From Macrostomum lignano (taxonomy: Eukaryota), in contig NIVC01000797.1 in the NCBI GenBank assembly GCA_002269645.1, positions 378,722 through 442,721 on the forward strand: a stretch of 64,000 bases of DNA, read 5' to 3'. Shown here piece after piece: positions 10,438-22,046 of the stretch. Numbering within the stretch: the stretch's first letter is position 1; each line of letters begins with the position of its first letter. Below the pieces are notes generated by a model. That model saw only the letters and a list, made by a program, of their open reading frames with translations, had not been told where the DNA came from and made no database searches. A program made the position numbers and the translations under genes.

Positions 10438-12665
10438 CTCTGTCTGTCTGTCTGTCCGTCTCTCTGTCTGTCCGTCTGCATGTCCATCAGTCTATCTATC
10501 TGATTTTTCACTGTGCTAAAACCCTGAGTGTGTCCAATCTTTTGTAAAAATTGTCGATCCGTTCTATTTCATATTTTTTTGTTGAAACGAAATTGTGGTG
10601 AATTTCAAACACTGAATAATTTCGTCATCACCAGCTGGTACTTGTTTCGAAAATCGGCAGTTCGGTTCTCCTCAATAGTTCGGTAGCAAAATAAGCTTCA
10701 GTCAGCGATTCGCGGTACTCGGCTGGCGGCTGGCCACTTTGAAGATCAAAGAGAGTGAGAGAGGAAGAGAGAGAGAGACATAGGGGTCAATGCAATAAAA
10801 GTTATGTTTGGTAGGCTTGTAGGTGGGGTTTGAATTAGATTATGCACCTACCCAGTGCGCTCTTGGCAATTGGCCAGCAGTATTATTAGAAAGTGGCTAG
10901 CAACAAGTTTTAGCCTAGCTGCGGTGCATTCGAAAGAGGCCTTTATTGCGGGGATGGGGCGCCAGAGGCTGGAGCTGTGATTTATAACCCGTGTATCTAT
11001 TGGTATCCTGTCCCTTACTGCCGTCACTTGTGTTAGCTTATCTCTACCAACCTAGCGTTTTCTGTTTCTGATATATTGCTGTTGTCTCGTAATGCAGCAA
11101 AAGTTGGTTTTTAATTACACAACAGTTAATGTGGCTACTAAGTTGTAATTTATTCCCATGCTAAAATCATAGTTATTAGTAGTGGTAGTACTTATCTTAA
11201 AGTGTATAACGCAACATATCGGCAATAAAAGTCATAGCTACTAGTGGTTGTCATCTGCAAAGTGTATTACGCGGCTTTACGCCACATATCGGAATTAAAA
11301 TTCATAGTTACTAGTGGTGGTTATCTGGAAAGTGTTTTACGCAACATATCGGTGCTAATGTCATACCTATTAGTAGTGATATACCTACAAATTATAGAAC
11401 GCTACATATCGTCAGTAATGTAAGTCAATCCTGAGCTGCACTATTCCGCCATTCATGATTATTACGCCTATTATTTCCATTCGCTCACCCAGGTGCCGGA
11501 GGGCCGCGGCCTGAGACCGGACGCCCTAGACGAGCACCGGTTGTGCATGCACCAATCGCTGGCTCACCTGTTGCTGCCCTGCATCGAGCAGACTGTCGAT
11601 TTTGCCAAACGCGTGCCCGGCTTTGCCAAATTCACCCAGGACGATCAGCTGACGCTCATCAAGTCGGCATTTTTTGAACTATGGCTGCTACAGGTGTCGC
11701 CGCATCAGATTGCGGCCGTGGATCAGCGCCACCTGCAGGGCATAGTCAGCAAGATTCTGTTTCCAAGCGGGCAGCTTGTCATTCAACAGGAGTTGGATTT
11801 TGTCTGGTCGCCGCCGCTTGTTGCTAAAATTGCTGAATTGATGCAAATTTTGAGCAGTCTGCAACTAACCGAGTGTCAACTGGCCCTGCTCTGCTCTGTT
11901 GTGCTCACTAGGCCTGGTGAGTCCGCTTCTTCTTTTATCTTTAATAGCTCAACAAGTTTTGCCATGCAGTTGGTCTAACTAAAACCCGACCTCATCAAGC
12001 TCACCCATCCCACCTCCGGTCCACCCATCACACCTCCGGTTCACCCACCCCACCTCCGGTCCACCCATCACACCGGTTCACCCACCCACCTTCGGTCCAC
12101 CTACCCCACCTCCGGTTCACCCACCCCACCTCCAGTTCACCCACCCCAACTCCGGTTCACCCACCCCACCTCCAGTTCACCCACCCCACCTCCAGTTCAC
12201 CCACCCCACCGTTTTATCCACCCACCTCCAGTTCACCCACCCCGCTTCCAGTTCACCAACCCTACCTCCAGCTCACCCACCTCACCTCCAGCTCACCCAC
12301 CCCGCCTCCAGCTCACCCACCCCGCCTCCAGCTCACCCACCCCACCTCCAGCTCACCCACCCCACCCCGCAGACCGAGCCGGCCTGTCCAACCCAGACGA
12401 CGTGTCAGCCAATCACAGTCGCCTTCTAGCGGCGCTGCATCAGCAGCTGGACATTTCGAAAGCCTCAACACCAGCCGAATCATCGTTGAAGCAGCAACAG
12501 CAGCTGACTGCGGGCCTGCAGACGGCTATCCGACAGGCCAGCAGCATAGGCCTATCAATGCAGCACTGCATGCAGTGGTACAGGGACAACTGGCATCGAA
12601 CTTATCTGCCTCCTTTGTACGCTGAAATTTTTGATATCAGAAAAAATTCCGAGCACACCACGTGA
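8204..12665 (+). CDS. E78: Nuclear receptor, E78 (NR1E)-type, 4 coding exons
   Basis: Exons 8204-8530, 9354-9827, 11493-11916, 12373-12665, all GT-AG and in phase. [81 protein letters not shown] signature [24 protein letters not shown], and C-terminal [20 protein letters not shown], typical of E78. An upstream exon is possible. Confidence 0.9.
8556..9016. mobile_element. MITE of about 460 bp (CACAGAT-terminal family), copy 1, in E78 intron 1
   Basis: Closely similar along its length to 14217-14674; termini degenerate and TSD not recognisable. Confidence 0.75.
9837..10478. repeat. (GTCT)n microsatellite in E78 intron 2
   Basis: Starts about 10 nt after donor GTGAGC at 9828; explains the SVCL and TDRQ ORFs. 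Confidence 0.95.
11160..11420. repeat. Degenerate tandem repeat of about 55-60 nt
   Basis: Repeated AAAxTCATAGTTAxTAGTxGTxGT...AAAGTGT.T.ACGC.ACATATCGG, about 4 copies. Confidence 0.6.
12000..12365. repeat. C-rich minisatellite of about 20 nt (CCACCTCCAGTTCACCCACC) in E78 intron 3
   Basis: Visible tandem units ending just before acceptor CGCAG at 12372. Confidence 0.9.
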
Positions 12666-13384
12666 CGACGGACTTGTTCGCATTGTTCATTATGAAATCT
12701 GTAAACATTATCAGGGATTTTTTGATGCGCAAGGCAGCAAAGCATTATCATTTCCCTATATTAGTGTACTATACATACTACTGTCTTAGTTTCAATTTTG
12801 TTAGTAGTACAAGTTGAATAAAGATAATATGAAGACGGATTTATTGGCGATTACAGGCTCTATATTATATGTGTATTTCTAAATCATTTATTTATACAAT
12901 AAAAAAGCACACATTATTGTGGCTTTAATTTTTTTAAAATTATTATCGATTCATTGTGTACACATTATTGTGGATTGTTAATTCGACACTTATATAGCTT
13001 TTATCCTCATTATTGTTTTTTTTTTCAAAAGTTCGCTTACTGCTACACACACAGCATCGTGGATTATTTGAAAGATAAAGAGAGAGCTAAACAAATTCGA
13101 ATGGTACTGTCTACTAGTAGTAGTACGTTACGCGTCTTTTTTGCAATTTTCCAGAAAACGCTGAAAATTTTCTACTTATTTTATTGGCTTCCGTGTTGCT
13201 TGATATCTTAATAAGCACTTAATTTCATTTTGCCTTGCCATTGTTCACATTCGCATGCCTGTCTGCTTACAATTACCTCTTATTGCAACTCGCATTAAAC
13301 ATACCTTATATCTTTGTCCTGTCCCTAAAACTCCCGCAATACACCTTTCTCGTTCTTCTCCTTCCCATATCCCCTTGTTTTTCC

Positions 13385-13530
13385 CATATCCCCTTTTGTT
13401 CCCATATCCTTTTGTCCATATCCCTTTTCTCCCCATATCCCTTTTCTCCCCATATCCCTTTTCTCCCCATATCCCTTTTCTCCCCATATCCCTTTTCTCC
13501 CCATATCCCTTTTCTCCCCATATCCCCTTT
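13385..13530. repeat. Tandem of about 18-19 nt (CCATATCCCTTTTCTCC)n
   Basis: Visible tandem; explains overlapping low-complexity ORFs. Confidence 0.85.
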
Positions 13531-14216
13531 CTGTATCTTGCATTCTCTTCAACTCACTTCTCATTTAATCTTCCCATTTCCCAATCCGTCTCTGCTCGCT
13601 ACCTCTGCGCGTTGGACAAAACTCTCAGGGGTGCTCGTGTTATTATCTAATTTATCCTCATTTGGATTTGATCGCACGTGTTTTTTGGGAATAATTATCC
13701 CCATAAATCTATTGTTAGTGCTTGTAACTGTCTGCGCCGCACTCTCTCTACACGGATTTAGCTTTAATATCTATGAATGCAAAGCAGGAAAACACGAATT
13801 TTTTCCCTCATCGATTTTTTCAATCATTAATCTTTTTTGCGCGCTTGTCTGTGTTTTTAAAATTTATGAAGCCGCAACAAGTTTTTTTATATAACAAATT
13901 CGGCACCTCAAGCAAACGTTTTGATCAGGTAAAACAAATTTTTTCCTAGTTCTTTTTTCAAGACTTTTACAAACTGACATTAGTGACAATATATATATAT
14001 ATTGTGTGTACAGTGTCGCAATAACTTAATTAACAGTTTTTTGTCATTAAACAGTTTGTTTTAATAAAATAAAATTGTTATTTCTCTTATTTTTTTTCAA
14101 CGGGGTAACCTTCCACTGCGCTACCTCAAAGCTTATTAATAAATTAGTAACGTTTAGTATGCAGGCTTATGCATTACTCAGGTACGGCATTAGTGCTTGT
14201 TTAAGCATGGATCGAC

Positions 14217-14674
14217 CACAGATACTAGAATAACCAGATAGGCTACTCAGCACATTTGCGTGTAAGCTACTTTCAGTTCAGTAGTCAGTTAAACAGAAGC
14301 ATTTTAATGTATTTTTAAAGCCAAGGCTCATTTATTGGCTCTTAACCCCCCCCCCCCCGATAGCCTTAACCCTCCAACCGCGCCTTTCCACACTACCCCC
14401 CCCCCCAATTTTTATTGCCTTTCTCGGAATTCCAGCCTAAAGCTGCCATGTACATTTCAGTGGACTGGCCAATGTACATTATTGCTGAACCAATTAGCAA
14501 GTTGTTTACGCCTGCAAGCTTGGGCTTCTAAACTTATCAAAGTAATTTCAGCTGCCTTTATTTTTATAAAATAGCTATAGTATTCTTCTTTGCTACTGAA
14601 CTGAAAGTAGGTAGAAAGCTGTTTTACTGAGTATATATGCCTGAGTGGGCCATCTAGTTATTTTAGAATCTGTG
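14217..14674. mobile_element. 458-bp MITE with CACAG...CTGTG termini and an 8-bp TSD (P-element-like), copy 2
   Basis: Imperfect TIRs of about 38 bp: CACAGATACTAGAATAACCAGATAGGCTACTCAG and (rc) CACAGATTCTAAAATAACTAGATGGCCCACTCAG. Flanks GGATCGAC (14209-14216) and GGATAGAC (14675-14682), a 7/8 match. Confidence 0.8.
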
Positions 14675-15174
14675 GGATAGACAGACAGACAGCAATATGC
14701 CACAACAGCTATTATACTTATCAATATTTATAGCAATTTCATTCATGAAATTAATTTTGTCTAAAATTCTGATAAAATTGCGTTTTGTTAATTTTGTTTT
14801 GATTTAACGAGTGCCTCTGCACTAGTCTGTATTTATTGATTTATTAATATTATTGATACTAATTTACTACTGTTGCTCACTACTGCCGCTAAGGTCTATT
14901 ATTAATATTGATTTGTTTTATACCTTCTGTATAATCTGTACACAATTTATTTTTGCTCACTTGGCTGTCAAAATTAATTTTCTTTTATTTTGCCTTTTTA
15001 AAGCTTTGTTAGTGCAACAATATTCTCATTTATCAGTAAGATTCATGACTAATCATAGTTTGATCTTATGACTAATGATGAGGCTCATGATCGGTCATAA
15101 CCAATAGCTTTTTGGTCATTTGGAGTTCGTGATAGGTCTTAGATAATCTTATCGGTCAAAGTCGAGTTCTCTAT

Positions 15175-16235
15175 GATCTTATTGGTCATAGTCGAGTTCT
15201 CTATAGGTCATAGTTGATCTTATTGGTCATAGTCGAGTTCTCTATAGGTCATAGTTGATCTTATTGGTCATTGTCGAGTTCTCTATAGGTCATAGTTGAT
15301 CTTATTGGTCATTGTCGAGTTCTCTGTAGGTCATCTTGATCTTATTGGTCATTGTCGAGTTCTCTGTAGGTCATAGTTGATCTTATTGGTCATTGTCGAG
15401 TTCTCTGTAGGTCATAGTTGATCTTATTGGTCATAGTCGCTCTTATTGGTCATAGTCGAGTTCTCTATAGGTCATAGTTGATCTTATTGGTCATAGTCGA
15501 GTTCTCTATAGGTCATAGTTGATCTTATTGGTCATAGTCGAGTTCTCTATAGGTCATAGTTGATCTTATTGGTCATAGTCGAGTTCTCTATAGGTCATAG
15601 TTGATCTTATTGGTCATAGTCGAGTCCTCTATAGGTCATAGTTGATCTTATTGGTCAAAGTCGAGTTCTCTATAGGTCATAGTTGATCTTATTGGTCATT
15701 GTCGAGTTCTCTATAGGTCATAGTTGATCTTATTGGTCATTGTCGAGTTCTCTATAGGTCATAGTTGATCTTATTGGTCATAGTCGAGTTCTCTATAGGT
15801 CATAGTTGATCTTATTGGTCATAGTCGAGTTCTCTATAGGTCATAGTTGATCTTATTGGTCAAAGTCGAGTTCTCTATAGGTCATAGTTGATCTTATTGG
15901 TCATAGTCGAGTTCTCTATAGGTCATAGTTGATCTTATTGGTCATAGTCGAGTTCTCTATAGGTCATAGTTGATCTTATTGGTCAAAGTCGAGTTCTCTA
16001 TAGGTCATAGTTGATCTTATTGGTCAAAGTCGAGTTCTCTATAGGTCATAGTTGATCTTATTGGTCATAGTCGAGTTCTCTATAGGTCATAGTTGATCTT
16101 ATTGGTCATAGTCGCTCTTATTGGTCATAGTCGAGTTCTCTATAGGTCATAGTTGCTCTTATTGGTCATAGTCGAGTTCTCTATAGGTCATAGTTGATCT
16201 TATTGGTCATAGTCGAGTTCTGTATAGGTCATTGT
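15175..16235. repeat. 41-nt minisatellite, about 26 copies
   Basis: Unit GGTCATAGTCGAGTTCTCTATAGGTCATAGTTGATCTTATT. Confidence 0.95.
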
Positions 16236-16755
16236 TAATCTTATCGGTCATAATAAGATTTTAAATTTATCATTAGGTAGCTAATCTTATTGCTCCTACC
16301 AAGGGTCATGAGTCCAATCGATAATCCAATAAGTAATCTTAATCCAATCTATCAGTCTGTGCATTGTTGGTCCACTGAAGGCTTTTAAGTAATTGAATTT
16401 CTACACTTCCAAATACTGACTACTCTAAGCAATAAATTGTGCGCCTCTTTATTCATTATATAATATAACTCTATTATTGGCTCCACCATTATAATAATGA
16501 AAATTTTGATTTTCACCTGTTTCTGATTTTGCTTGCTCACTGGAGTCAGTAAGTGCTTTTTTCTTAGTTCCAATGTAAATCCATCTTACTTGATTGACAG
16601 CTTGCGTATGATGCTACTTTGTCAGTTTAACAAAAACAATAAACTCAAATATATCGCCGTACAGCTTGTTTGTCTCCTTAATTGGCGTATTAAGCATGTG
16701 TGCGTTTCTGGTGACATTCTTGATCTTCTTCTCGTGTGCTAAATTAAAATCTTTA

Positions 16756-17185
<430 letters not shown>

Positions 17186-17387
17186 ATTCATACTCGTCCG
17201 TATAGCAAGGAATTCTTACTGCAAGTTTCAAAGATAGGAAAAAATTCAAGGAAGATAAAAAACATAGGCGTTTACACTTGTCGCTATTGACAAATTTCTA
17301 AAATTCTGACTCATTCTTTGCCTCTACTCATCGGTTTAGGATTTGTATTTCACCTTACTATTGTAAGGGAATAAGGTGAGCTTGTAA

Positions 17388-17837
17388 TGCACTTTAGACA
17401 CGACTCGCCTTTTCATTTGCATTGGTTTTGAGGGCATACACGTAGCTGATGTCCAGAAGAAGCTGGGGCACAAGGGTACATACGGCAAGCCTGCTCAAGA
17501 TAGGCTTGAAGATTTCTACAAAGGAATGAAAAAAAGCTTGGCCTATAAACCAAGAAATGGAAAACCGTTGCCTTGGGAAGTGAAGGATAATGTGGAAGTA
17601 ACAGGAGATTTATGGTTCCGAAAGTATACCTACGGCCCAAAAAGCATAAGAATTCTGGCAGTTATCAATCCACAGCGCAGATTCGTCGTCATTTGGGCGA
17701 TTAACGATCATGACGGCAACTACCATTTCCACTACAAGGAATATCTTGACATCATTAGTCTTTGGGAGCGAGGATTAACTACCGAAAATGGCGTTACAAA
17801 AATCACTCGCCCAGAACCGAACCCGCTGCCGCGATGA
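17388..17837 (+). CDS. Orphan ORF of about 150 codons with a RelE/ParE-like residue pattern
   Basis: Stop-free from 17388 to TGA 17835-17837; non-repetitive and protein-like (DRLEDFYKGMKKSL...GDLWFRKYTYGPKSIRILAVINPQRRFVVIWAINDHDGNY). Start is unresolved: ATG at 17526, or a spliced upstream exon. Confidence 0.5.
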   Translation, partial: CTLDTTRLFICIGFEGIHVADVQKKLGHKGTYGKPAQDRLEDFYKGMKKSLAYKPRNGKPLPWEVKDNVEVTGDLWFRKYTYGPKSIRILAVINPQRRFVVIWAINDHDGNYHFHYKEYLDIISLWERGLTTENGVTKITRPEPNPLPR

Positions 17838-18889
17838 TCTCTACTTAAAGAAACCATAGAAACGAGATTTTTCTAGACTGACTCTGTCTATGACAAAGAC
17901 CCATTTACAGCTATGTGATCTCCAACGATATACAAAAAAATGTTTTCGTTGTCCATGCAATGTATCCGGCTATCCTTGGTTTTGGTTGTCTTATCGTTTC
18001 TTATCAAAAATCGTTTTTTTCACTTCTAGCCTATCTAGCCTATCTAGCCTATTTAATCTATCCTAAAGCATGTACGCGTTCTTGTTTTAATTAACTACTA
18101 GAACATTTTTTGTTACAATGTACTCGCTTTGGTGATTTTTTTCAATCGTTGATTTTAGTATATAAGACTGTTAAATGACTATAATCTCAATGCTTTAACC
18201 TACAAATTGACTGTACCATCTGGAACTACAATAATTGAATCTTGCCATCATTATTTATTAATAAATAATGGAGCCGGTTTCCTTTTATCATAAATCAATT
18301 CGAATATCATTGACAGTTTAGTCAATTTGTCGCTCTGCTGTTTGTTGTGTCGTGTAACCTGACAGACCAACTTAATGATATAGATAATATTTTACGCTAA
18401 TATTTCTACGATAACGTAAATGCTACCTATATTATTATTGTCTATTACTTATACTGCCATTTTATTAAGTAGAGTAGTTGATAAATTATCTGTATAATGT
18501 ATTATTAATCACGTGATATCTCTAGCTCTTGAATTTATCGATCGTGCAGTTTTTCTAGTGTAGTTAAAATATCGATAATGTAGTTTTTCTTAAATAACAA
18601 AAATATAAATATAGCAACTGTGCGCACCTAGCACTTTACTTTTCAACTCAACTGGAAAATTTCAAGCCTTGGCTACACAACACTGTTCACATACTATTTT
18701 AGAAAAGTTTTTTGTCCAACAAAAACCCTTTTTTACGGTTGAAATTCGGTTTGCCAATTTTATAAACAATTGGACGAGCGATACGACTGGACACTAATTT
18801 GAATTCGTTAAATAGTGTCAAAACATTGAATGGGTTGTAAAATCAAGCTTATATTTTTGGGAGGATTCATAGTACGTTATACACGATTT

Positions 18890-19695
18890 CACACCTGAGT
18901 AAACACCCTAATCCACACCTGAGCCACATCCTGATACACACCTGAGCCACATCCTCATCCACACCTGAGCCACATCCTCATCCACACCTGAGCCACATCC
19001 TGATCCACACCTGAGCCATATCCTCATCCACACCTGAGCCACATCCTGATACACACTTAATTATGCCACATCCTCATCCACACCTGAGCCACATCCTGAT
19101 ACACACTTAATTATGCCACATCCTCATCCACACCTGAGCCAAATCCTGATACACACCTGAGCCACATCCTGATACACACCTGAGCCACATCCTCATCCAC
19201 ACCTGAGCCACATCCTCATCCACACCTGAGCCATATCCTCATCCACACCTGAGCCACATCCTAATCTACACCTGAGCCACATCCTAATCCACACCTGAGT
19301 CACATCCTGATCCACACCTGAGCCACATCCTGATCCACACCTTAGCCAAATCCTAATCCACACCTGAGTCACATCCTGATCCACACCTGAGCCACATCCT
19401 GATACACACTTAATTATGCCACATCCTCATCCACACCTGAGCCACATCCTGATACACACCTGAGCCACATCCTCATCCACACCTGAGCCACATCCTGATA
19501 CACACCGGAGCCACATCCTGATGCACACCTGAGCCACATCCTCATCCACACCTGAGCCACATCCTCATCCACACCTGAGCCACATCCTAATCCACACCTG
19601 AGTAACACCCTAATCCACGCCTGAGCCACATTATGATCCACACCTGAGCTACATCCTCATCCACACTTGAGCCGCATACTGACACCCACCTTCAG
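18890..19695. repeat. 23-nt minisatellite (CCACACCTGAGCCACATCCTGAT)n, about 35 copies
   Basis: Visible tandem. Confidence 0.95.
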
Positions 19696-19775
19696 CCACT
19701 TCAGCTGAGAATTTTTATCGGAAGGAATAATGAGGTCTTTCAGATACAAAAAAATTCAACAGTTCTGCTTGAAAT

Positions 19776-20403
19776 TCATGCAGACTTCTTCGTCGCCTTG
19801 ATCAACGTTTCACGCCACAGCTCTGCTTCAACGGAGGTTTGGAAGCTGATAGCGAGCAGCAGTCGCTGCTCCAAGGCTTCATCAGTCGGTAGGAGGCTGG
19901 AAGATGTTGGCGATGAAGTTCCACCAGCAGCGGCGGCTTTTGGGCTACCAAGCAGAAGTAGCTTGTTGCCGGGAGAAGCAGATTCGATCTATGGAATCAG
20001 TTATATAGGGTGATGCGAAAAGGTAGCGAATACGCTGAAGTGTACCGATGCAGTGCTGCTCACTTTGACACTGTGACAAATGCACTTCACGCGCAGGGAT
20101 CCATGCTCTCACCTTAATCCCCGTGCCACGCAGCGCGAGACGCCCTATCAATGGGCCACAGCAGCCTCCGCAATCGGCTGCGTCTCCAGGCAATGCTAAG
20201 TACATTTTGAGCACACCCGAGTCCAGATGAAGCTCTAGCCTAGTCGCCGTGGTGACAGAGCCGATTGTCGCACCTGGCGACATCAGAATGAGCAGGACAT
20301 TTTGAGCACTGGTCAACAAGTTATAACTGCTGGCATCCTTGGATCGGGCTTCATTGTCTGGCGTGGCTTTTGCCTCAAAGTAGCGGAGAAAGCACATACT
20401 CAA
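19776..20403 (-). CDS. PH-domain-like protein, last two exons; 5' end unresolved
   Basis: Exon up to about 20403-20113 (donor AAG|GTGAGA) joins in phase across a 124-nt intron (ends CTGATTCCATAG) to exon 19988-19776. Product TRLELHLDSGVLKMY...PLIGRLALRGTGIK|IESASPGNKLLLLG...LLLAISFQTSVEAELWRETLIKATKKSA*; the C-terminal helix carries the PH-type Trp. Confidence 0.55.
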
Positions 20404-21709
20404 GTATGGACCTCAGTAAAAGACTGGCTAGGGGAGCTCAATGCGCACAGTTTTCCGCTCGAATGGGATCCAATCGAAATTTATATCGGGAAAAATCCAC
20501 TGATATCGGAGGTGGCGAAATTTCATCTAAAAAGATTATAACTAGCCAACAGATGGCTCTCAAAGCTGGAAGAGAACTTGAAGACTAGATCAACAAACTG
20601 ATTCGCTTTGATTGACAGGATCGCTACGCAGTTAGTTCTCTCCTAGGATCATTTTCCATATCTTGGCTGCATTTGCTTTAAACCTTCTTGCCGCGGATAT
20701 TTTATTGGCCAAATTATTTTTCCGAAACATCTAAGGAACTCGTGCCGACAGCTAATAGTTACGGTGGATGGAGATTCGAAATCGAGTCGAGTTCGAATGC
20801 ACTTTTAAGTACAGCACGGGTGCAGCGTGCGATTTCTTTCCTCGGACATTCTCAGTAGGGTGACAATTTGATAGAAAAATAACGGACACATCCTGCAGAT
20901 AGAGTTTACTTGATGGCTTCCGCGTCCTTTTGTGCTTTCAAGCTGTGGACTTATAAACAAAGTTCTTGTTAAATATATAATTTCGACTCTCATCGCAGGT
21001 GTTTCTTAAAGTTTGCATGGCATGGACACGCGGCCTAAGAAATGCAATAAAAACGACAAGACAATAATTGCCGAGAAGTTTGTGCATGGGAACTCGAAAA
21101 TCGAAAAAAAGCAAACCTATGAGTAGCTGTTTCACGGATTTTACAAGCTACATGTGGATTAGAATACCGGCATCCAACATTGAAGGCATGCAAAAAAAAC
21201 TTCCGCTTCGTTACAACCGATTTTGGATCGAGTGTAACTGTTTCATTTTAAAGCTGAATAAATTCTCCAAAACTTCTGCGTAAAAAGCATGCATATGAGA
21301 CACACAGCATGCATATGAGACATATATGTAAACCAGTCTGTGCATCTTAAAACTGGATTTTATATCCATTGTCCCAACAAAAGTGCACGTATGTGGCATG
21401 TGGGAAACGCATACAGTTTATAGATCGTTTAGGTACGAGCGTAGGAGTTAGGGTAGAGGAACTACATGTATTTTTAAAGTGCGATTTATAGGTGCTCCGG
21501 CTCCCTAACAAAACCGACCACTTATCCTAAACAGACATGAGAAAGGGGGTCACAGGGACAAAGGCATACGGTTGCTGGTTAAAACTCGCTTCCTCATTGA
21601 CTATTCTGGAATTCTTCCTTAATTGCAGACAGAAGTGCGGTAAAAAGAAAGAGAATATAAGAATTTGAAGGAGCTTGAAGTCTTTTTTAAGTATTCCGAA
21701 TCTACCCTC

Positions 21710-22026
21710 TGTGGCGCTTGTCGATCGAAACGATCAGAGGTGTTAGAAAAAAAGTTTTGGACTATATGCCAACAATATACCAATATGGATGGGCCGCATC
21801 GGGCAGAAACGAGCTAACACTCCTCGGCGCTATGCGCCTCGGCGTTATAGCTCATTTCTGCCCTCTGCAGCCCATCCATATTAGTGTTATAGTTAGCGGG
21901 CGTGTGGTGTTCGTGTGGCCAAGCAATCTAAAGTTTCTCTTGGCGGTCGCGTGTATTATAAAGAATAGAATACTCTATGGTACAAGCATAGATAAATGAA
22001 ATGAACATCAGTCTGGGGATACCACA
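21710..22026 (-). mobile_element. 3' LTR (317 bp) of a Ty3/gypsy element
   Basis: On the minus strand, polypurine tract AAAGGTGGAGGGA is followed by TGTGG... and ends ...CCACA (TG..CA with 5-bp inverted termini), directly after the integrase stop. Confidence 0.75.
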
Positions 22027-22046
22027 TCCCTCCACCTTTAGTAAAA

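Noticed and set aside
9354-10547. 397-aa ORF and overlapping SVCL/TDRQ ORFs as whole proteins
   Set aside because: Only 9354-9827 is exon; the rest is (GTCT)n intron.
17855-17892. Mini CATAGA...TCTATG transposon footprint
   Set aside because: Flanking 8-mers match only 5/8 in A-rich sequence.
20302-21283. Plus-strand decayed coding sequence or L1/Tx1 C-terminus (QVWTSVKDWL...)
   Set aside because: Resemblance is weak, frames are interrupted by stops, and it overlaps the better-supported minus-strand PH-like exon.
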